64,000 bases of DNA from Candidatus Latescibacterota bacterium (GCA_965219995.1 CBDCOX010000002.1:928001-992000); one strand, 5' to 3'; shown: positions 8,788 through 20,260, counted from the stretch's first letter. Notes: generated from the letters alone by a model not told the origin. Program-made: numbers and translations.

Positions 8788-11241
8788 TTACGCCACGATA
8801 TTGACGAGGCGATTGGGAACGACAATCACCTTTCTGGGTACCTTGCCTGCCAGATGGTTCCTGACGTTCGGTTGTTCCATCGCCAGCCGCCTGACGTCAT
8901 CGCCTTCCGCATCCACCTCCACCTGGAAACGGGCGCGGACCTTCCCGTTGACCTGTACCGGCATCTGAATGGTGGCCGGACGCGCAAGCTCCTCGTCCCA
9001 TTCTGGCCACGTCTGCTCGTGTACACTGTAGCGTTCGCCGATGCGCTCCCACAGCTCTTCCGACAGATGCGGCGCAAAGGGCGCCAACAGCAGGCACAGC
9101 GACCGGATGGCGTCTTTCCACGCGTCCGATTCGGCGACCGCCGCGGACCTTGCCTTGCCGAGCCGGTTGACGAAGGTCATCAACGCTGCGACGGCCGTGT
9201 TGAAGTCGAAGGTTTCCAGATCCGTGGAGACCTTCTTAATCGCCTGGTGGGTCATCCGCCGCAATTCCATGGTCTCCGCCGGCCCCGGAGGGTTGCCCGG
9301 AGACGCCGCCGGCTCGACGACAAGCGACCAGACCCGGTTCAGAAATCGGGGAACGCCTTCCATGCTCGCCGAGTTCCATGGACCTCCCTGATCCCACCGG
9401 CTGATGAACATCAGGTACGTCCTGACGCTGTCAACGCCATTTGCATCGATGAGTTCGTCCGGATTCACCACGTTGCCCCGGGACTTGCTCATTTTCTCGG
9501 AATCCTCGCCGAGAATGATACCCTGGTTGAAGAGCCGGACCATGGGTTCGGCTTCGTCGGTGGCGATTAACTCCATGTCCCGCATTGCCCGGGTAAAGAA
9601 ACGGGTATAGAGCAGGTGCATCGTGGCGTGCTCGATGCCGCCCGTATACTGATCCACCGGAAGCCAGTACGCCCCTTCTTCCGGATCGAACGGGCCTGCG
9701 GCGAAATGAGGGCTGAGATACCGGTACTGATACCACGAGGAACACATGAACGTATCCATCGTATCGGTTTCCCTCTGCGCCTCCCCACGGCACACCGGGC
9801 ATGTCGTCTGCAGGAATCCGTCGTGGTGTTTCAGTGGAGATTCGCCTGTCGGCAGGAACTCCGCATCGTCCGGCAGCGTCACCGGAAGGTCGCGCTCCGG
9901 AACGGGCACCACGCCGCAGTCGGCGCAGTAGATGATGGGTATGGGGCAACCCCAGTACCGCTGACGCGAAATCAGCCAGTCGTGCAACCGATAGTTGACC
10001 TTGCGCTCTCCGATGCCGCGCGCTTCCAGGTCTTCCGCCACCGAAGTCTTCGCCGCGTCGGAGGGCGTGCCGCTGAACCTTCCGGAATTGACCAGCGTGC
10101 CCTTTCCCTCGTAGGGACGCCGCAGCGCCTGTCCGTCCCAGTCCGGAGGCGCAATGACCGTGGGAACCGGCAAACCGTACCGTTTCGCGAAGCCGAAATC
10201 CCGTTCGTCGTGTCCGGGCACGGCCATGATCGCGCCGGTCCCGTACGTTGTGAGTACATAATCGGCAATATAGATCGGCACCTCGGCGTCGTTCATCGGG
10301 TTGATCGCATACGCGCCCGTAAAGACACCGTCCCGGTCTTTGTCCAGCGACAGCCGGTCGATTTCGGACTGCCGGCCGGCCTTTTCGCGGTACGACGCGA
10401 CGTCGGCCGCCTGAGCCCGGGTTGTAATCGCATCGACGAGGGGGTGTTCCGGCGCCAATACCGCAAACGTTACGCCGAAAATTGTATCCGCGCGCGTGGT
10501 GAACACCCGAAACGACGCCCCGGAACCCTTCACGTTCATTTCAAACTCCACGCCTTCGCTGCGGCCGATCCAGTTGGTCTGCATGGTCTCGACCCGGTCG
10601 GGCCAGTCCACGCCCGAAAAATTCAGCAGCGAATCCGCGTATTTCGTGATCCGGAACAACCACTGATCCAGGTCTTTCTTCACAACGGGCGTATCGCAGC
10701 GTTCGCAGTGGCGATCGTCGCCCCACACCTGCTCCCTGGCAAGCGTGGTATTACAGCGCGGGCACCAGTCTACCGGGGCCTTCTTGCGATAGGCCAGCCC
10801 GTGGCGATAGAACTGGAGGAAGAGCCACTGCGTCCACTTGTAGTATTCCGGCTCGCACGTGATGATTTCCCTGTCCCAATCGAACATGGCGCCCATTCTC
10901 TTCAGGTGGCGCCGCATTCTGTCGACGTTGTCCATGGTCCACTTTGCGGGGTGGATTCCCCGCTCGATGGCGGCATTTTCAGCCGGAAGCCCGAACGCGT
11001 CAAAACCGATCGGGAACAGCACGTTGTACCCTTTCATCCGCATCCACCTGGCGCGAGCGTCGGAAGGCGCCATCGCGTACCAGTGCCCGATGTGCAGGTC
11101 TCCCGAAGTGTACGGCAACATGGTCAGCGCATAGTGCTTGGGCCTGCCTTCCTCAACGGCGCTCTTGTAGACCCCCGTCTCGTCCCAACGCGCGCGCCAC
11201 CGGGACTCGATCGAAGCAAAATCGTATCCGCTCTCAGCCAT
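8788..11241 (-). CDS. leuS: Leucine--tRNA ligase
   Basis: HIGH and KMSKS motifs; DWLISRQRYWG, RETDTMDTF. Confidence 0.98.
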   Translation of the reverse strand: MAESGYDFASIESRWRARWDETGVYKSAVEEGRPKHYALTMLPYTSGDLHIGHWYAMAPSDARARWMRMKGYNVLFPIGFDAFGLPAENAAIERGIHPAKWTMDNVDRMRRHLKRMGAMFDWDREIITCEPEYYKWTQWLFLQFYRHGLAYRKKAPVDWCPRCNTTLAREQVWGDDRHCERCDTPVVKKDLDQWLFRITKYADSLLNFSGVDWPDRVETMQTNWIGRSEGVEFEMNVKGSGASFRVFTTRADTIFGVTFAVLAPEHPLVDAITTRAQAADVASYREKAGRQSEIDRLSLDKDRDGVFTGAYAINPMNDAEVPIYIADYVLTTYGTGAIMAVPGHDERDFGFAKRYGLPVPTVIAPPDWDGQALRRPYEGKGTLVNSGRFSGTPSDAAKTSVAEDLEARGIGERKVNYRLHDWLISRQRYWGCPIPIIYCADCGVVPVPERDLPVTLPDDAEFLPTGESPLKHHDGFLQTTCPVCRGEAQRETDTMDTFMCSSWYQYRYLSPHFAAGPFDPEEGAYWLPVDQYTGGIEHATMHLLYTRFFTRAMRDMELIATDEAEPMVRLFNQGIILGEDSEKMSKSRGNVVNPDELIDANGVDSVRTYLMFISRWDQGGPWNSASMEGVPRFLNRVWSLVVEPAASPGNPPGPAETMELRRMTHQAIKKVSTDLETFDFNTAVAALMTFVNRLGKARSAAVAESDAWKDAIRSLCLLLAPFAPHLSEELWERIGERYSVHEQTWPEWDEELARPATIQMPVQVNGKVRARFQVEVDAEGDDVRRLAMEQPNVRNHLAGKVPRKVIVVPNRLVNIVA

Positions 11242-11265
11242 CTGACGACTCCCTCATCTCATATT

Positions 11266-12561
11266 TTATGGATAAAGCCGCTGCAGCATCCGGGGAAACG
11301 GAATGGTCTCCCGCACGTGCCGCAACCCGCAGATCCAGGCCACGGTCCGTTCGATGCCCAGGCCGAAACCGGCGTGAGGCACCGATCCGTAGCGTCTCAG
11401 GTCCAAATACCACTGGAAAGGGGTTTCGTCAAGTCTGTGTTGGGCGATCTTCCGCCGCAATTCCTCCAGGTTGTCCTCCCGCTGCCCGCCCCCGATGATT
11501 TCTCCGTATCCTTCCGGCGCTAGCATGTCCATGCAAAGCGCCAGCCGGCCGTCGTCCGGGTCCCCCTTCATATAAAAGGCCTTGCACGAGGCCGGATACC
11601 TGTGCACCAGGACCGGACGATCGAACTGTTCCGCCAGAACCGTTTCTTCGTCGCCGCCGAAATCGTCGCCCCACGTGTGCGACACGCTCTGCCGGTTCAG
11701 GATGTCAACCGCTTCCGTATATGAGATCCTGGGAAAGGGCTTCCTCACGCGTTCGAGCGGGGCGACATCCCGTTGCAGCAGCGCCAGTTCCTCACGACAC
11801 CGATCCAGAACCTGCTGAACGACGGTGGTGACGAAGTCCTCCGCCAGATCCATGTCGCCATTCAGGTCCAGGTAGGCCACCTCCGGCTCGACCATCCAGA
11901 ATTCGGTGAGGTGCCGCCGGGTTTTGGACTTCTCGGCTCTGAACGTCGGCCCGAAACAATACACTTTTCCGAAGGCCATCGCGCTGGCCTCCAGATACAG
12001 CTGTCCGCTCTGGGTCAGGTAGGCCTGGTCGTCGAAATAGTCGGTCTGGAAGAGCGTCGTCGTACCCTCGCAAGCCGAAGGCGTAAAAATCGGCGAGTCC
12101 GTAAGTACGAACTCTCTTTCGTCGAAATAGGTCCTGCACGCCCGGATGATCTCGCTTCGCACCCGCAAAATGGCGTGCTGGCGGGAGGAACGCAGCCAGA
12201 GATGGCGATGGTCCATGAGGAAGGCGGTCCCATGCGCTTTGGGCGTAATGGGATAGGGCTCCGACGCGTGAACGACCTCAATATCGGAAACGCCGACCTC
12301 GAAACCCAGAGGTGAGCGTTTGTCCTCGCGAACGACGCCCAATACCCGGAGCGAGGATTCCTGGGTCAGGCCGCTCGAACGCTCGAACACATCGGCCGAC
12401 ACGTCGCCCTTGAACACCACGCATTGCACCACGCCGGTGCCGTCTCTCAGTTGGAGAAAGTGCAGCTTTCCACTGACGCGCTTGTTGTGCAGCCACCCCT
12501 GAAGCAGGACGTCGCGCCCCTGGTACTCGGCGATTCGTGAAATTGAAATGGGTACGGCCAT
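11266..12561 (-). CDS. asnS: Asparagine--tRNA ligase
   Basis: OB-fold [52 protein letters not shown]; start at MAVPISI after GAGGAG. Confidence 0.95.
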   Translation of the reverse strand: MAVPISISRIAEYQGRDVLLQGWLHNKRVSGKLHFLQLRDGTGVVQCVVFKGDVSADVFERSSGLTQESSLRVLGVVREDKRSPLGFEVGVSDIEVVHASEPYPITPKAHGTAFLMDHRHLWLRSSRQHAILRVRSEIIRACRTYFDEREFVLTDSPIFTPSACEGTTTLFQTDYFDDQAYLTQSGQLYLEASAMAFGKVYCFGPTFRAEKSKTRRHLTEFWMVEPEVAYLDLNGDMDLAEDFVTTVVQQVLDRCREELALLQRDVAPLERVRKPFPRISYTEAVDILNRQSVSHTWGDDFGGDEETVLAEQFDRPVLVHRYPASCKAFYMKGDPDDGRLALCMDMLAPEGYGEIIGGGQREDNLEELRRKIAQHRLDETPFQWYLDLRRYGSVPHAGFGLGIERTVAWICGLRHVRETIPFPRMLQRLYP

Positions 12562-12694
12562 CGCGCTCCTCTCCGGACGCGGTCGACGCGTCCGGTTCCC
12601 CTCCTGGACAGCGTCCTGAAACCGAATGCCCTTCGCCCCGGGCAAGGACGCCGTATTCCGGAATGACGGGCTCTCCGTGCAAGTGTCACAAACC

Positions 12695-12724
12695 AAAAAA
12701 GACGACCGGAAGCTGCCGATCGCC
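12695..12724 (-). terminator. Intrinsic terminator after pnp
   Basis: Minus strand GGCGATCGG-cagctt-CCGGTCGTC-TTTTTT. Confidence 0.7.
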
Positions 12725-12753
12725 TTATGTCGACCACGGGTTTACCTGGCGGG

Positions 12754-14892
12754 TCAGCGCCGGTGTGGCCTTCTCGGGCCCCGGGATTGGCGCGGCGGCG
12801 GCTCGACGTACCCGGGCGGCGGCTCGAACGTCGCTTTGCGACTAAGTCGAACCTTGCCCTGGTCGTCGATGGAAATCACCTTGACGTCCAGCGTGTCTCC
12901 TTCGGACAGCACGTCTTCGACCTTGTTCACCCGGCGGTAATCCAATTCGGAAATGTGGCAGAGCCCCTCTTTTCCCGGGAGAATCTCGATAAAGGCGCCG
13001 AAGTCCAGCGTTCGCTTTACGGTGCCGTTGTAGACGCGGCCCACCTCCGGGTCTTCCACCAGCGCCTTGATCATCTCCATGGCTTCTTCGCCGGCCCTGG
13101 CGTCGACCGAACTGACCGTTATCAGCCCGTCGTCGTCAACCGCGACGGTGGCGCCCGTCTCTTCGATACTGCGTATGGTCTTCCCGCCAGGGCCGATTAC
13201 CGTGCCGATTTTCGCGGGATCGATATACAGGGACAGGATACGCGGCGCGTACGGCGAAAGCTCCGGCCGCGGACGGCCGATCGCTTCATTCATGATGCCC
13301 AGAATATGGTCCAGCGCACCCCGGGCGCGACCGAACGCCTCCTGCATGATTTCGAAACTGATTCCCTTGATCTTAATGTCCAGCTGAATCGACGTCAGTC
13401 CTTCGGCCGTCCCCGCGATCTTGAGGTCCATATCGCCAAGATGGTCTTCCGCACCGAGAATGTCGGTCAACAGTTCCCAGTCGGAACCGTCGTCTCCCAT
13501 CACCAGACCGACACCCGCGCCGGCAACCGCGGACTTGGTGGGTACTCCCGCGTCCATGAGTGCGAGCGATCCGCCGCACACCGTGGCCATGGACGACGAA
13601 CTGTTCGATTCCAGGATTTCGGAAACGACCCGAATTGTATAGGGAAAGTGCTTCTCATTGGGCACGACCGGGACCAGCGCCTTTTCCGCGAGGACGCCGT
13701 GTCCGATCTCACGCCGTCCGGGCGCGCCGATCCGGCGGGTTTCCCCCACGCTGTACGACGGGAAGTTGTAGTCCAGCATGAAACTCTTGTAGGACATTCC
13801 CTCCAGATCGTCCACCATCCGGGTATCCAGCTTGCTGCCCAGCGTGGCCACGCACAGCGCCTGGGTCTGACCCCTCGTAAACACGGCCGACCCGTGAGCG
13901 CGCGGCAATACTCCGAGTTCAACCTGAACCGGCCGGACTTCGTCCAGGGCGCGTCCGTCGATCCGGCGCCCCTCTTCCAGGATCATCCGGCGCATCTCCG
14001 CCTTGACGATGGTGCCGATTTCCGCGGCGATTTCCGCACGTGATTCCGGATACTCCGTTTCCAGGGACTCCTGTGTATCGGCTTCGATCTGTGCGATGAC
14101 GTTCGACCTGTCGTCTTTCTCGGACAGCCGGTTCGCCTCTCTGATGCGCTCTGCCGCGTGCGCCCTCACCGCTTCTTCGAGCGCTTCATCAGGTTCGGGA
14201 GCCACGACCTCGCGTTTCGGTTTTCCGCATCTGGCGACCAGGTCCTCCTGCAGTTCGACCAGCCTCGCGATGGCTTCCTGACCTGCCCGCAACGCGCCCA
14301 GCACGTCGGCGTCGGGCGCCTCGTGGCATTCGCCTTCAACGGAAATGATCGATTCCTTATTTCCCGATACGATGATGTTGATGTCGCTCTCGTCCAGCTG
14401 TTCGTACGTCGGATTGATCACGTACTCGCCGTTTATTCGTCCCACCTTCACGGCGCCGATCGGTCCTTCGAACGGAATGTCGGAGATACAGACGGCCGCG
14501 GACGCGCCGGTCATCGCCAGCACGGCAGGATCGTTTTCTTCATCGAACGACAGCACGGTGACCAGTACCTGCGTTTCCACGCCCCGCTTCAGAAACAGGG
14601 GCCGAATCTGGTGGTCGATCAGCCTGGCGCTCAACTTTTCCGTTGTGGAAGGCGCGCCCTCCCGCTTGAAGAAATTCCCGGGAATCCTGCCGCTTGCGTA
14701 GAATTTCTCCCTATAGTCCACCGTTAACGGGAAGAAGTCCAAATCGGACTCTCTGGTATCCGCCACTGTCGCCACGAGCACGACTGTTTCGCCGTATTGC
14801 ATCCACACGGCGCCGTGGGCCTGTTTGGCCACGCGACCGGTTTCGATGGATAACGTCCTTCCTTCCAGTTCCAGTTCTAATTTTTCTGCCAT
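12754..14892 (-). CDS. pnp: Polyribonucleotide nucleotidyltransferase (PNPase)
   Basis: DFFPLTVDYREK, RREIGHG, EDHLGDMDLKIAGT; KH and S1 domains. Confidence 0.98.
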   Translation of the reverse strand: MAEKLELELEGRTLSIETGRVAKQAHGAVWMQYGETVVLVATVADTRESDLDFFPLTVDYREKFYASGRIPGNFFKREGAPSTTEKLSARLIDHQIRPLFLKRGVETQVLVTVLSFDEENDPAVLAMTGASAAVCISDIPFEGPIGAVKVGRINGEYVINPTYEQLDESDINIIVSGNKESIISVEGECHEAPDADVLGALRAGQEAIARLVELQEDLVARCGKPKREVVAPEPDEALEEAVRAHAAERIREANRLSEKDDRSNVIAQIEADTQESLETEYPESRAEIAAEIGTIVKAEMRRMILEEGRRIDGRALDEVRPVQVELGVLPRAHGSAVFTRGQTQALCVATLGSKLDTRMVDDLEGMSYKSFMLDYNFPSYSVGETRRIGAPGRREIGHGVLAEKALVPVVPNEKHFPYTIRVVSEILESNSSSSMATVCGGSLALMDAGVPTKSAVAGAGVGLVMGDDGSDWELLTDILGAEDHLGDMDLKIAGTAEGLTSIQLDIKIKGISFEIMQEAFGRARGALDHILGIMNEAIGRPRPELSPYAPRILSLYIDPAKIGTVIGPGGKTIRSIEETGATVAVDDDGLITVSSVDARAGEEAMEMIKALVEDPEVGRVYNGTVKRTLDFGAFIEILPGKEGLCHISELDYRRVNKVEDVLSEGDTLDVKVISIDDQGKVRLSRKATFEPPPGYVEPPPRQSRGPRRPHRR

Positions 14893-14969
14893 CCACTCCT
14901 TCTCCTCAACAAGATTGAAAGTTCCTCAGCCTGCTGCCGCGGCCAGTTCTCGTTTCTTGCCGCAGGCAC

Positions 14970-15239
14970 TCAGCCACGTATTCCGAGTTTGCCAATAAGA
15001 GCACGATATCCGGCCAGATCCCGGCGCTGCATATAACTCAGAAAACGCCGGCGCTGGCCAACCAGTTTGAGCAGCCCGCGGCGGGAATGGTGATCTTTTC
15101 TGTGCCGCCGGGCGTGATCGGTCAACATTCTGATCCGTTCCGTCAAGAGCGCGATCTGCACTTCGACGGACCCGGTATCTCTGGCGGATTGACCGAAGGA
15201 CTCCACCAATTCGCCCTTCTTTTCCTTTTCTAAACCCAA
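14970..15239 (-). CDS. rpsO: 30S ribosomal protein S15
   Basis: [13 protein letters not shown]...[18 protein letters not shown]; TTG start overlapping ribF. Confidence 0.97.
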   Translation of the reverse strand: MGLEKEKKGELVESFGQSARDTGSVEVQIALLTERIRMLTDHARRHRKDHHSRRGLLKLVGQRRRFLSYMQRRDLAGYRALIGKLGIRG

Positions 15240-16186
15240 TGCTGTTCCTCCGTGTGATGATCCAGCTCCTTTGCCAGAATGTCACGGGCACGCTGCCCGT
15301 CCGCATGAATTTGCGAAATAAGCGCTTCCGGATTCCCAAACCGGAGTTCGCCGCGCAGGCGACCCACCAGTTCCAGGGTTATCCGGCGTCCGTAAAGATC
15401 CCCGTCGAAATCCAGGAGGTGGGCCTCCAACTGTCTGTTTTTCCCGTTGAAAGTAGGACGTACGCCGAGGTTTGCAACGGCCGCGTACCGTTCGGGGACG
15501 CACGCCATTGCCGCATAGACGCCATCCGGCGGCAGGAGCTTCCCCGGTTCGTCCGGCACAATATTGGCGGTCGGAAACCCTAGTTGACGCCCGCGGCCGT
15601 CACCGGGCGTCACACGGCCTGAAACAGGATATCCGTCTCCCAGCATCTCACCGGCCTTGTCGATTTTCCCCCTCCCGACCAGATCGCGAATCCGGCTGCT
15701 GCTGACCGGACGGTCCCCCACAATCACGGGCGGCACGACGGAAACCTCGAAACCGAACCGGCCGCCAAGCGCACGCATGGTTTCGGGATCGCCGCTGCGG
15801 TCCTTGCCGAACCCATGATCGTAGCCAAGCACGACGACCCTCGCTCCCAGATAATTCGCCAGATAGGTCGATACAAATGCTTCCGGACTCAGGATCTGTA
15901 CCTTCCGAGTAAAGGGAATGACCGCCAGCACGTCGATACCGGCATCCGCGAGACGTCGCCGTTTTTCATCCAGCGACGTCAGAACGCCCGGCGGCGCCGC
16001 GGGATGGATGACGGCCCGCGGATGTGGATCGAAGGTGACGGCAACCGCGGCGCCCGACCTCTCCCGCGCCGTGGCGACAACGGCTTCAATCACCGCCCGA
16101 TGGCCGCGGTGAACACCGTCGAATGTGCCAACCGTAACCACCGCGTTGTCGATTGCCAGCGTCTGATTTAACGTCCGCGTCTGCAT
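15230..16186 (-). CDS. ribF: Bifunctional riboflavin kinase/FAD synthetase
   Basis: [32 protein letters not shown]. Confidence 0.96.
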   Translation of the reverse strand: MQTRTLNQTLAIDNAVVTVGTFDGVHRGHRAVIEAVVATARERSGAAVAVTFDPHPRAVIHPAAPPGVLTSLDEKRRRLADAGIDVLAVIPFTRKVQILSPEAFVSTYLANYLGARVVVLGYDHGFGKDRSGDPETMRALGGRFGFEVSVVPPVIVGDRPVSSSRIRDLVGRGKIDKAGEMLGDGYPVSGRVTPGDGRGRQLGFPTANIVPDEPGKLLPPDGVYAAMACVPERYAAVANLGVRPTFNGKNRQLEAHLLDFDGDLYGRRITLELVGRLRGELRFGNPEALISQIHADGQRARDILAKELDHHTEEQHWV

Positions 16187-16191
16187 CCGGT

Positions 16192-17112
16192 TCAACTTTC
16201 CGGCCGGCAAAGCACCCGCACGGGCTTCAATATCCCGTCGTCGGCCTTCCAACGCCCGATTCCGAGCAACACCCCCTCGGGATACAGTGCCCTTGCGAGC
16301 TGACCGGACTCGAGGGCGGTTCCACCCTTTACATTGGCGACAGCATTGCCGTGAATGAAACAACCGGCCTGAGCCGCGTTCAGATTGAGACGCGGCAGGT
16401 CGGGCAGTAACCGGTTTGGATCCACCAGATACGGCTGGAGTTCCTCACTCGACGAGACCGAATCGAGGCACGGGAGGGTTACGCACTCGTCGATATGGAC
16501 AGGACCGGCGGACGTGCGTCTCAATCCGGCCAGATACGCCCCGCAACCCAGTTCACGGCCGATATCGTCGGCCAGTGTGCGGATATACGTGCCTTTCGAA
16601 CAGGAGACCGTCAGGTGTAACTCGGGAGGACTGAAATCTTCAATATCGATTTTGAATATGTGAACGCGAGACGGTCGACGGGCGACCTCCGCACCCGCCC
16701 GCGCCAATCGGTACAACCGCCTGCCATCCACCTTACGGGCCGAAAACATCGGCGGAATCTGTTCAATATCACCAACGAAAGAACCCACCGCGCTTTGCAC
16801 GACCGAAACGACGGCGGGAACCTGGTCGCACCGCGCCACGACTTCGCCCTCCGCGTCGAGGGTGCTTGTGCGGATTCCGAGCCGGATATGCGCGGAATAG
16901 GTCTTGTCGTGACTCGCGAGATAGGAACTGAGCCGGGTGGCGCGGCCCAGGCACAACACCAGAACACCGGTCGCCAGCGGGTCCAGAGTGCCCGTGTGCC
17001 CCACTTTCCGGATGTTCAGCCGACGTCGAATGCGATCTACCACGTCGTGAGACGTCAGATCCGGAGGCTTGTCGATGGGCAACACGCCTGTGACGTCGAT
17101 TCCGACCTCCAT
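16192..17112 (-). CDS. truB: tRNA pseudouridine(55) synthase
   Basis: KVGHTGTLDPLATGVL, QIPPMFSA, CSKGTYIRTLA. Confidence 0.97.
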   Translation of the reverse strand: MEVGIDVTGVLPIDKPPDLTSHDVVDRIRRRLNIRKVGHTGTLDPLATGVLVLCLGRATRLSSYLASHDKTYSAHIRLGIRTSTLDAEGEVVARCDQVPAVVSVVQSAVGSFVGDIEQIPPMFSARKVDGRRLYRLARAGAEVARRPSRVHIFKIDIEDFSPPELHLTVSCSKGTYIRTLADDIGRELGCGAYLAGLRRTSAGPVHIDECVTLPCLDSVSSSEELQPYLVDPNRLLPDLPRLNLNAAQAGCFIHGNAVANVKGGTALESGQLARALYPEGVLLGIGRWKADDGILKPVRVLCRPES

Positions 17113-17166
17113 TCCGGTGCGACTATTGTGCGCTGTAAACAGGTTACGTGAATCCGGGACAGAGCA

Positions 17167-17505
17167 TTACGTCTTCAAGTCATCCAGCAGCCTGTCGATT
17201 CTGCTTGCCCGCTCCAGCGTGTGATCCAGCTCGAATTCCAGTTCCGGCACGTGTCGAAGCCGGATCCTTCCGCCCAGTTCCCTGCGCAGAAACGACATCG
17301 CGCGCTGGAGGATCTTCATGCTCGTGTCGCGCGTCTCTCCCTCCCCCATCACGCTGACGTATACCCGCGCGAATTTCAGATCCCGTGTCACCCTGACGCC
17401 AGTGACGGTAACGTAGCCCAGGCGAGGATCCTTGATATGCCGGTGGATCAGGTCACTCAACTCTTCCTGTATCTGCCGACCTACGCTCTCGGCGCGCCAC
17501 ATCAC
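17167..17505 (-). CDS. rbfA: Ribosome-binding factor A
   Basis: IKDPRLG, VTRDLKFARVYVS, LRHVPELEFELD; position after infB. Confidence 0.96.
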   Translation of the reverse strand: MMWRAESVGRQIQEELSDLIHRHIKDPRLGYVTVTGVRVTRDLKFARVYVSVMGEGETRDTSMKILQRAMSFLRRELGGRIRLRHVPELEFELDHTLERASRIDRLLDDLKT

Positions 17506-17783
17506 ATCAATTCCAGTGAATAGTCGATGAGTTCGACCCGATGGTCACGCTGTACCTGGTCCACGACCTTGGAAAGCACGCGATTGACGTAACGGGATTC
17601 ATTCGCTACCATAACCACACCGACTTCCGCCTTCTGCCAGAGTTCGTTATGGCCGACCTCCGAAACGGATACGTTGTATTTCGCCCGGATCCGTTGCCGA
17701 AGGCTCTCCAGAACCCGGCGTTTTCCCTTCAGCGAACCGCTCGAAGGCAGATATAGATCCAGACGACAAAGCCCGACGGTCAT
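17502..17783 (-). CDS. DUF503 family protein (YlxP)
   Basis: SLKGKRRV...YNVSVSEVGHNELWQ; usual position between infB and rbfA. Confidence 0.9.
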   Translation of the reverse strand: MTVGLCRLDLYLPSSGSLKGKRRVLESLRQRIRAKYNVSVSEVGHNELWQKAEVGVVMVANESRYVNRVLSKVVDQVQRDHRVELIDYSLELM

Positions 17784-17791
17784 AGCTTCAG

Positions 17792-20260
17792 TTAAAGCGT
17801 GCGTGCGGTTTCAACCTGTTCGTAGGCCTCGATCACGTCGCCGAGCTTGGTATCGTTGAAATTCTCCAGGCCGATACCGCATTCAAACCCGGACTGAACC
17901 TCCCTCACGTCGTCCTTGAACCTGCGCAGGGAACCGATCCGGCCCTCGTAGACCACGACATTGTCCCGCAGCACCCGCACCATGGCGCTTCGGGTCATTC
18001 TGCCGTCGGAGATGTAACACCCGGCGATGATTCCCACCCGGGGCACCTGGAATGTCTCACGTACCTCCGCGGAACCTACAATCTGTTCATCGATGTCCGG
18101 GGTAAGCAGCCCGGCAAGCGCCGCCTTGATGTCTTCAACCGCTTCGTAAATGACACGGTAGGAGCGAACATCTACCCGTTCCTGCGCAACCACCTCGCGC
18201 GCACGGACATCCGGCCGTACATTAAAGCCAATGATGATCGCATCCGAAGCGGAGGCGAGCAGGACGTCGGATTCGGAAACCGCGCCCACCCCGCGGTGGA
18301 TCACGTTGATCCGCACTTCGTCGCTGGGGATCTGCATCAGGGAATCGTGAAGCGCTTCCACGGAACCGTCGACGTCGCCCTTGAGAATCAGGCGCAATTC
18401 CTGGACCTGTCCGGCCTTGATCTGATCGTGAATGTCGACCAGGCTTACCCTCCGTATCCGGTGGGCCTCCCGCTCGCGTCGCAACAGTTGCCTCTTCTGG
18501 CTGATTTCCCTGGCGGTACGTTCGTTTTCCACCGAGTAGAAGGAATCTCCGGCCTGAGGAAGTCCGGACAGGCCGAGCACCTGAACCGGCACCGACGGGC
18601 CCGCTTCGGAGACCCGGTGTCCGCGCTCGTCGAGAAGCGCCCTCGCCCTGCCGCTGTAGAGCCCCGTGACGAACGTATCGCCCACTTTGAGCGTCCCCTC
18701 CTGCACCAGCACCGTTGCCACATTTCCCCGACCACGGTCCAGGCGCGCCTCCACAATGGCGCCCTTGGCGCGTTTGTCGGGGTTGGCCTTGAGCTCCAGC
18801 AGATCCGTTTCCAGGGCCAGTAATTCGAGCAGATCCTTTACGTTCTCGCCGGTCTTTGCGGATATTTCGCAGGACTGAACCTCGCCCCCGTACGCTTCGA
18901 GGATGACGTTGTGTTCCGTCAGTTGTCGCTTGATCCGATCCACATCCGCGCCTGGAAGGTCTATTTTGTTGATGGCAAGCACAATGGGCACGTCCGCTGC
19001 GCGCGCGTGGTCGATGGCTTCCACGGTCTGCGGCATGACGTTGTCGTCGGCCGCCACGATCAGGACAACCACGTCCGTCACCTGGGCTCCCCTGGCGCGC
19101 ATCGCGGTAAAGGCCTCGTGACCGGGTGTATCCAGAAATGTCACCATCCGGTCGTCGTTCAGTTTGACGTGATAAGCGCCGATATGCTGGGTGATGCCGC
19201 CCGCCTCGCCCGCGACCACGTTGGTATCGCGGACATAATCCAGCAGGGACGTCTTTCCGTGGTCCACATGACCCATTATGGTCACCACCGGCGGACGCGG
19301 CTTGAGATCGTCCGCCTCGTCTTCGTCTTCCCGCTCGAGCACGTCTTCCGCGAATTCCTGGAGCTCTTCGACCCCGATGCCGAACTCGTCGGCAACCAGG
19401 GTAATGGTATCCATATCCAGCCGCTGGTTGATGGTGACCATGAGCCCCAGCGTGAGACACTGTTTGATCACATCGGTCAGCGGAATGTCCATCAGTGTCG
19501 ACAGTTCGCCGACGGTGGTAAACTCGTTGACCTTGATGACGCGGTCGACCTCCACCTCGTCGTCGATCTCCCCGTCGTCTCTGCGCCGACGCCGGCGCGA
19601 CCGGGCCGTGCCGGTCTCCATCTGAGCCATCGTGCGACGCACGCTGGCCTCAATCTCCGTCTGGTCGGGAGCGGGTCTGCCTCGGCGGCGGCGGCGGCGC
19701 CTGCCGTCACCACGTTCGGGGGCGGGCTTTCCCCCCTTCTGCGATGTTTCGGCCTGCTTGCCCGGCCCTGCCGTGCTTGCAGCGTCGGCCGAAGGCTCTC
19801 GTCGCGCCGTATCGCGCCTCCGCCTGCGCGTTGCCTCGTCATCGCGAATTTCACGAATCTCGACAGCCTCGCGGACGGGCGTGGCAGGTCTGGGCTTGTC
19901 CGCAGCTTTGGATGCTGGCTTTTTCGCACGTCGCGCTTTGGCGGTCGCCGGTGTCTTCCGGTCGTCTTTTTCGGGTTCCTGACGCTGTTTTTTCTGAGCG
20001 GACTTGCGTTTGATTTCCTGTCGGGAGGCATTTCGCTCCTCCTCGAACTTGCCCTGGATACGTTCGAACATCTCCTTTGTACAAACAGCCATGTGGTTCT
20101 TGACATCGAATCCCAGGCCTCTGACCACGTCCACCATCGCAACACTGGAGAGGTTAAACTCCCGCGCAACCTCGTAGATTCGGCGTTTCTTGTCATCGGA
20201 GGATTCGGGTGACCCCTTAACCGTTCTTGGCGGCGCTTTTCTGATCATCTGCCGAGTCAC
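17792..20260 (-). CDS. infB: Translation initiation factor IF-2
   Basis: GHVDHGKTS, GGITQHIGAY, FLDTPGHEAF; start GTG 20260 or the ATG four codons later. Confidence 0.98.
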   Translation of the reverse strand: MTRQMIRKAPPRTVKGSPESSDDKKRRIYEVAREFNLSSVAMVDVVRGLGFDVKNHMAVCTKEMFERIQGKFEEERNASRQEIKRKSAQKKQRQEPEKDDRKTPATAKARRAKKPASKAADKPRPATPVREAVEIREIRDDEATRRRRRDTARREPSADAASTAGPGKQAETSQKGGKPAPERGDGRRRRRRRGRPAPDQTEIEASVRRTMAQMETGTARSRRRRRRDDGEIDDEVEVDRVIKVNEFTTVGELSTLMDIPLTDVIKQCLTLGLMVTINQRLDMDTITLVADEFGIGVEELQEFAEDVLEREDEDEADDLKPRPPVVTIMGHVDHGKTSLLDYVRDTNVVAGEAGGITQHIGAYHVKLNDDRMVTFLDTPGHEAFTAMRARGAQVTDVVVLIVAADDNVMPQTVEAIDHARAADVPIVLAINKIDLPGADVDRIKRQLTEHNVILEAYGGEVQSCEISAKTGENVKDLLELLALETDLLELKANPDKRAKGAIVEARLDRGRGNVATVLVQEGTLKVGDTFVTGLYSGRARALLDERGHRVSEAGPSVPVQVLGLSGLPQAGDSFYSVENERTAREISQKRQLLRREREAHRIRRVSLVDIHDQIKAGQVQELRLILKGDVDGSVEALHDSLMQIPSDEVRINVIHRGVGAVSESDVLLASASDAIIIGFNVRPDVRAREVVAQERVDVRSYRVIYEAVEDIKAALAGLLTPDIDEQIVGSAEVRETFQVPRVGIIAGCYISDGRMTRSAMVRVLRDNVVVYEGRIGSLRRFKDDVREVQSGFECGIGLENFNDTKLGDVIEAYEQVETARTL

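Noticed and set aside
9616-11523. 635-aa plus-strand ORF (and similar ones opposite pnp, infB, mutL, ychF and the Mo subunits)
   Set aside because: Antisense shadows of well-supported housekeeping genes
12562-12753. T-box riboswitch before asnS-leuS
   Set aside because: No T-box consensus (GGTGGNACCGCG) or specifier stem visible
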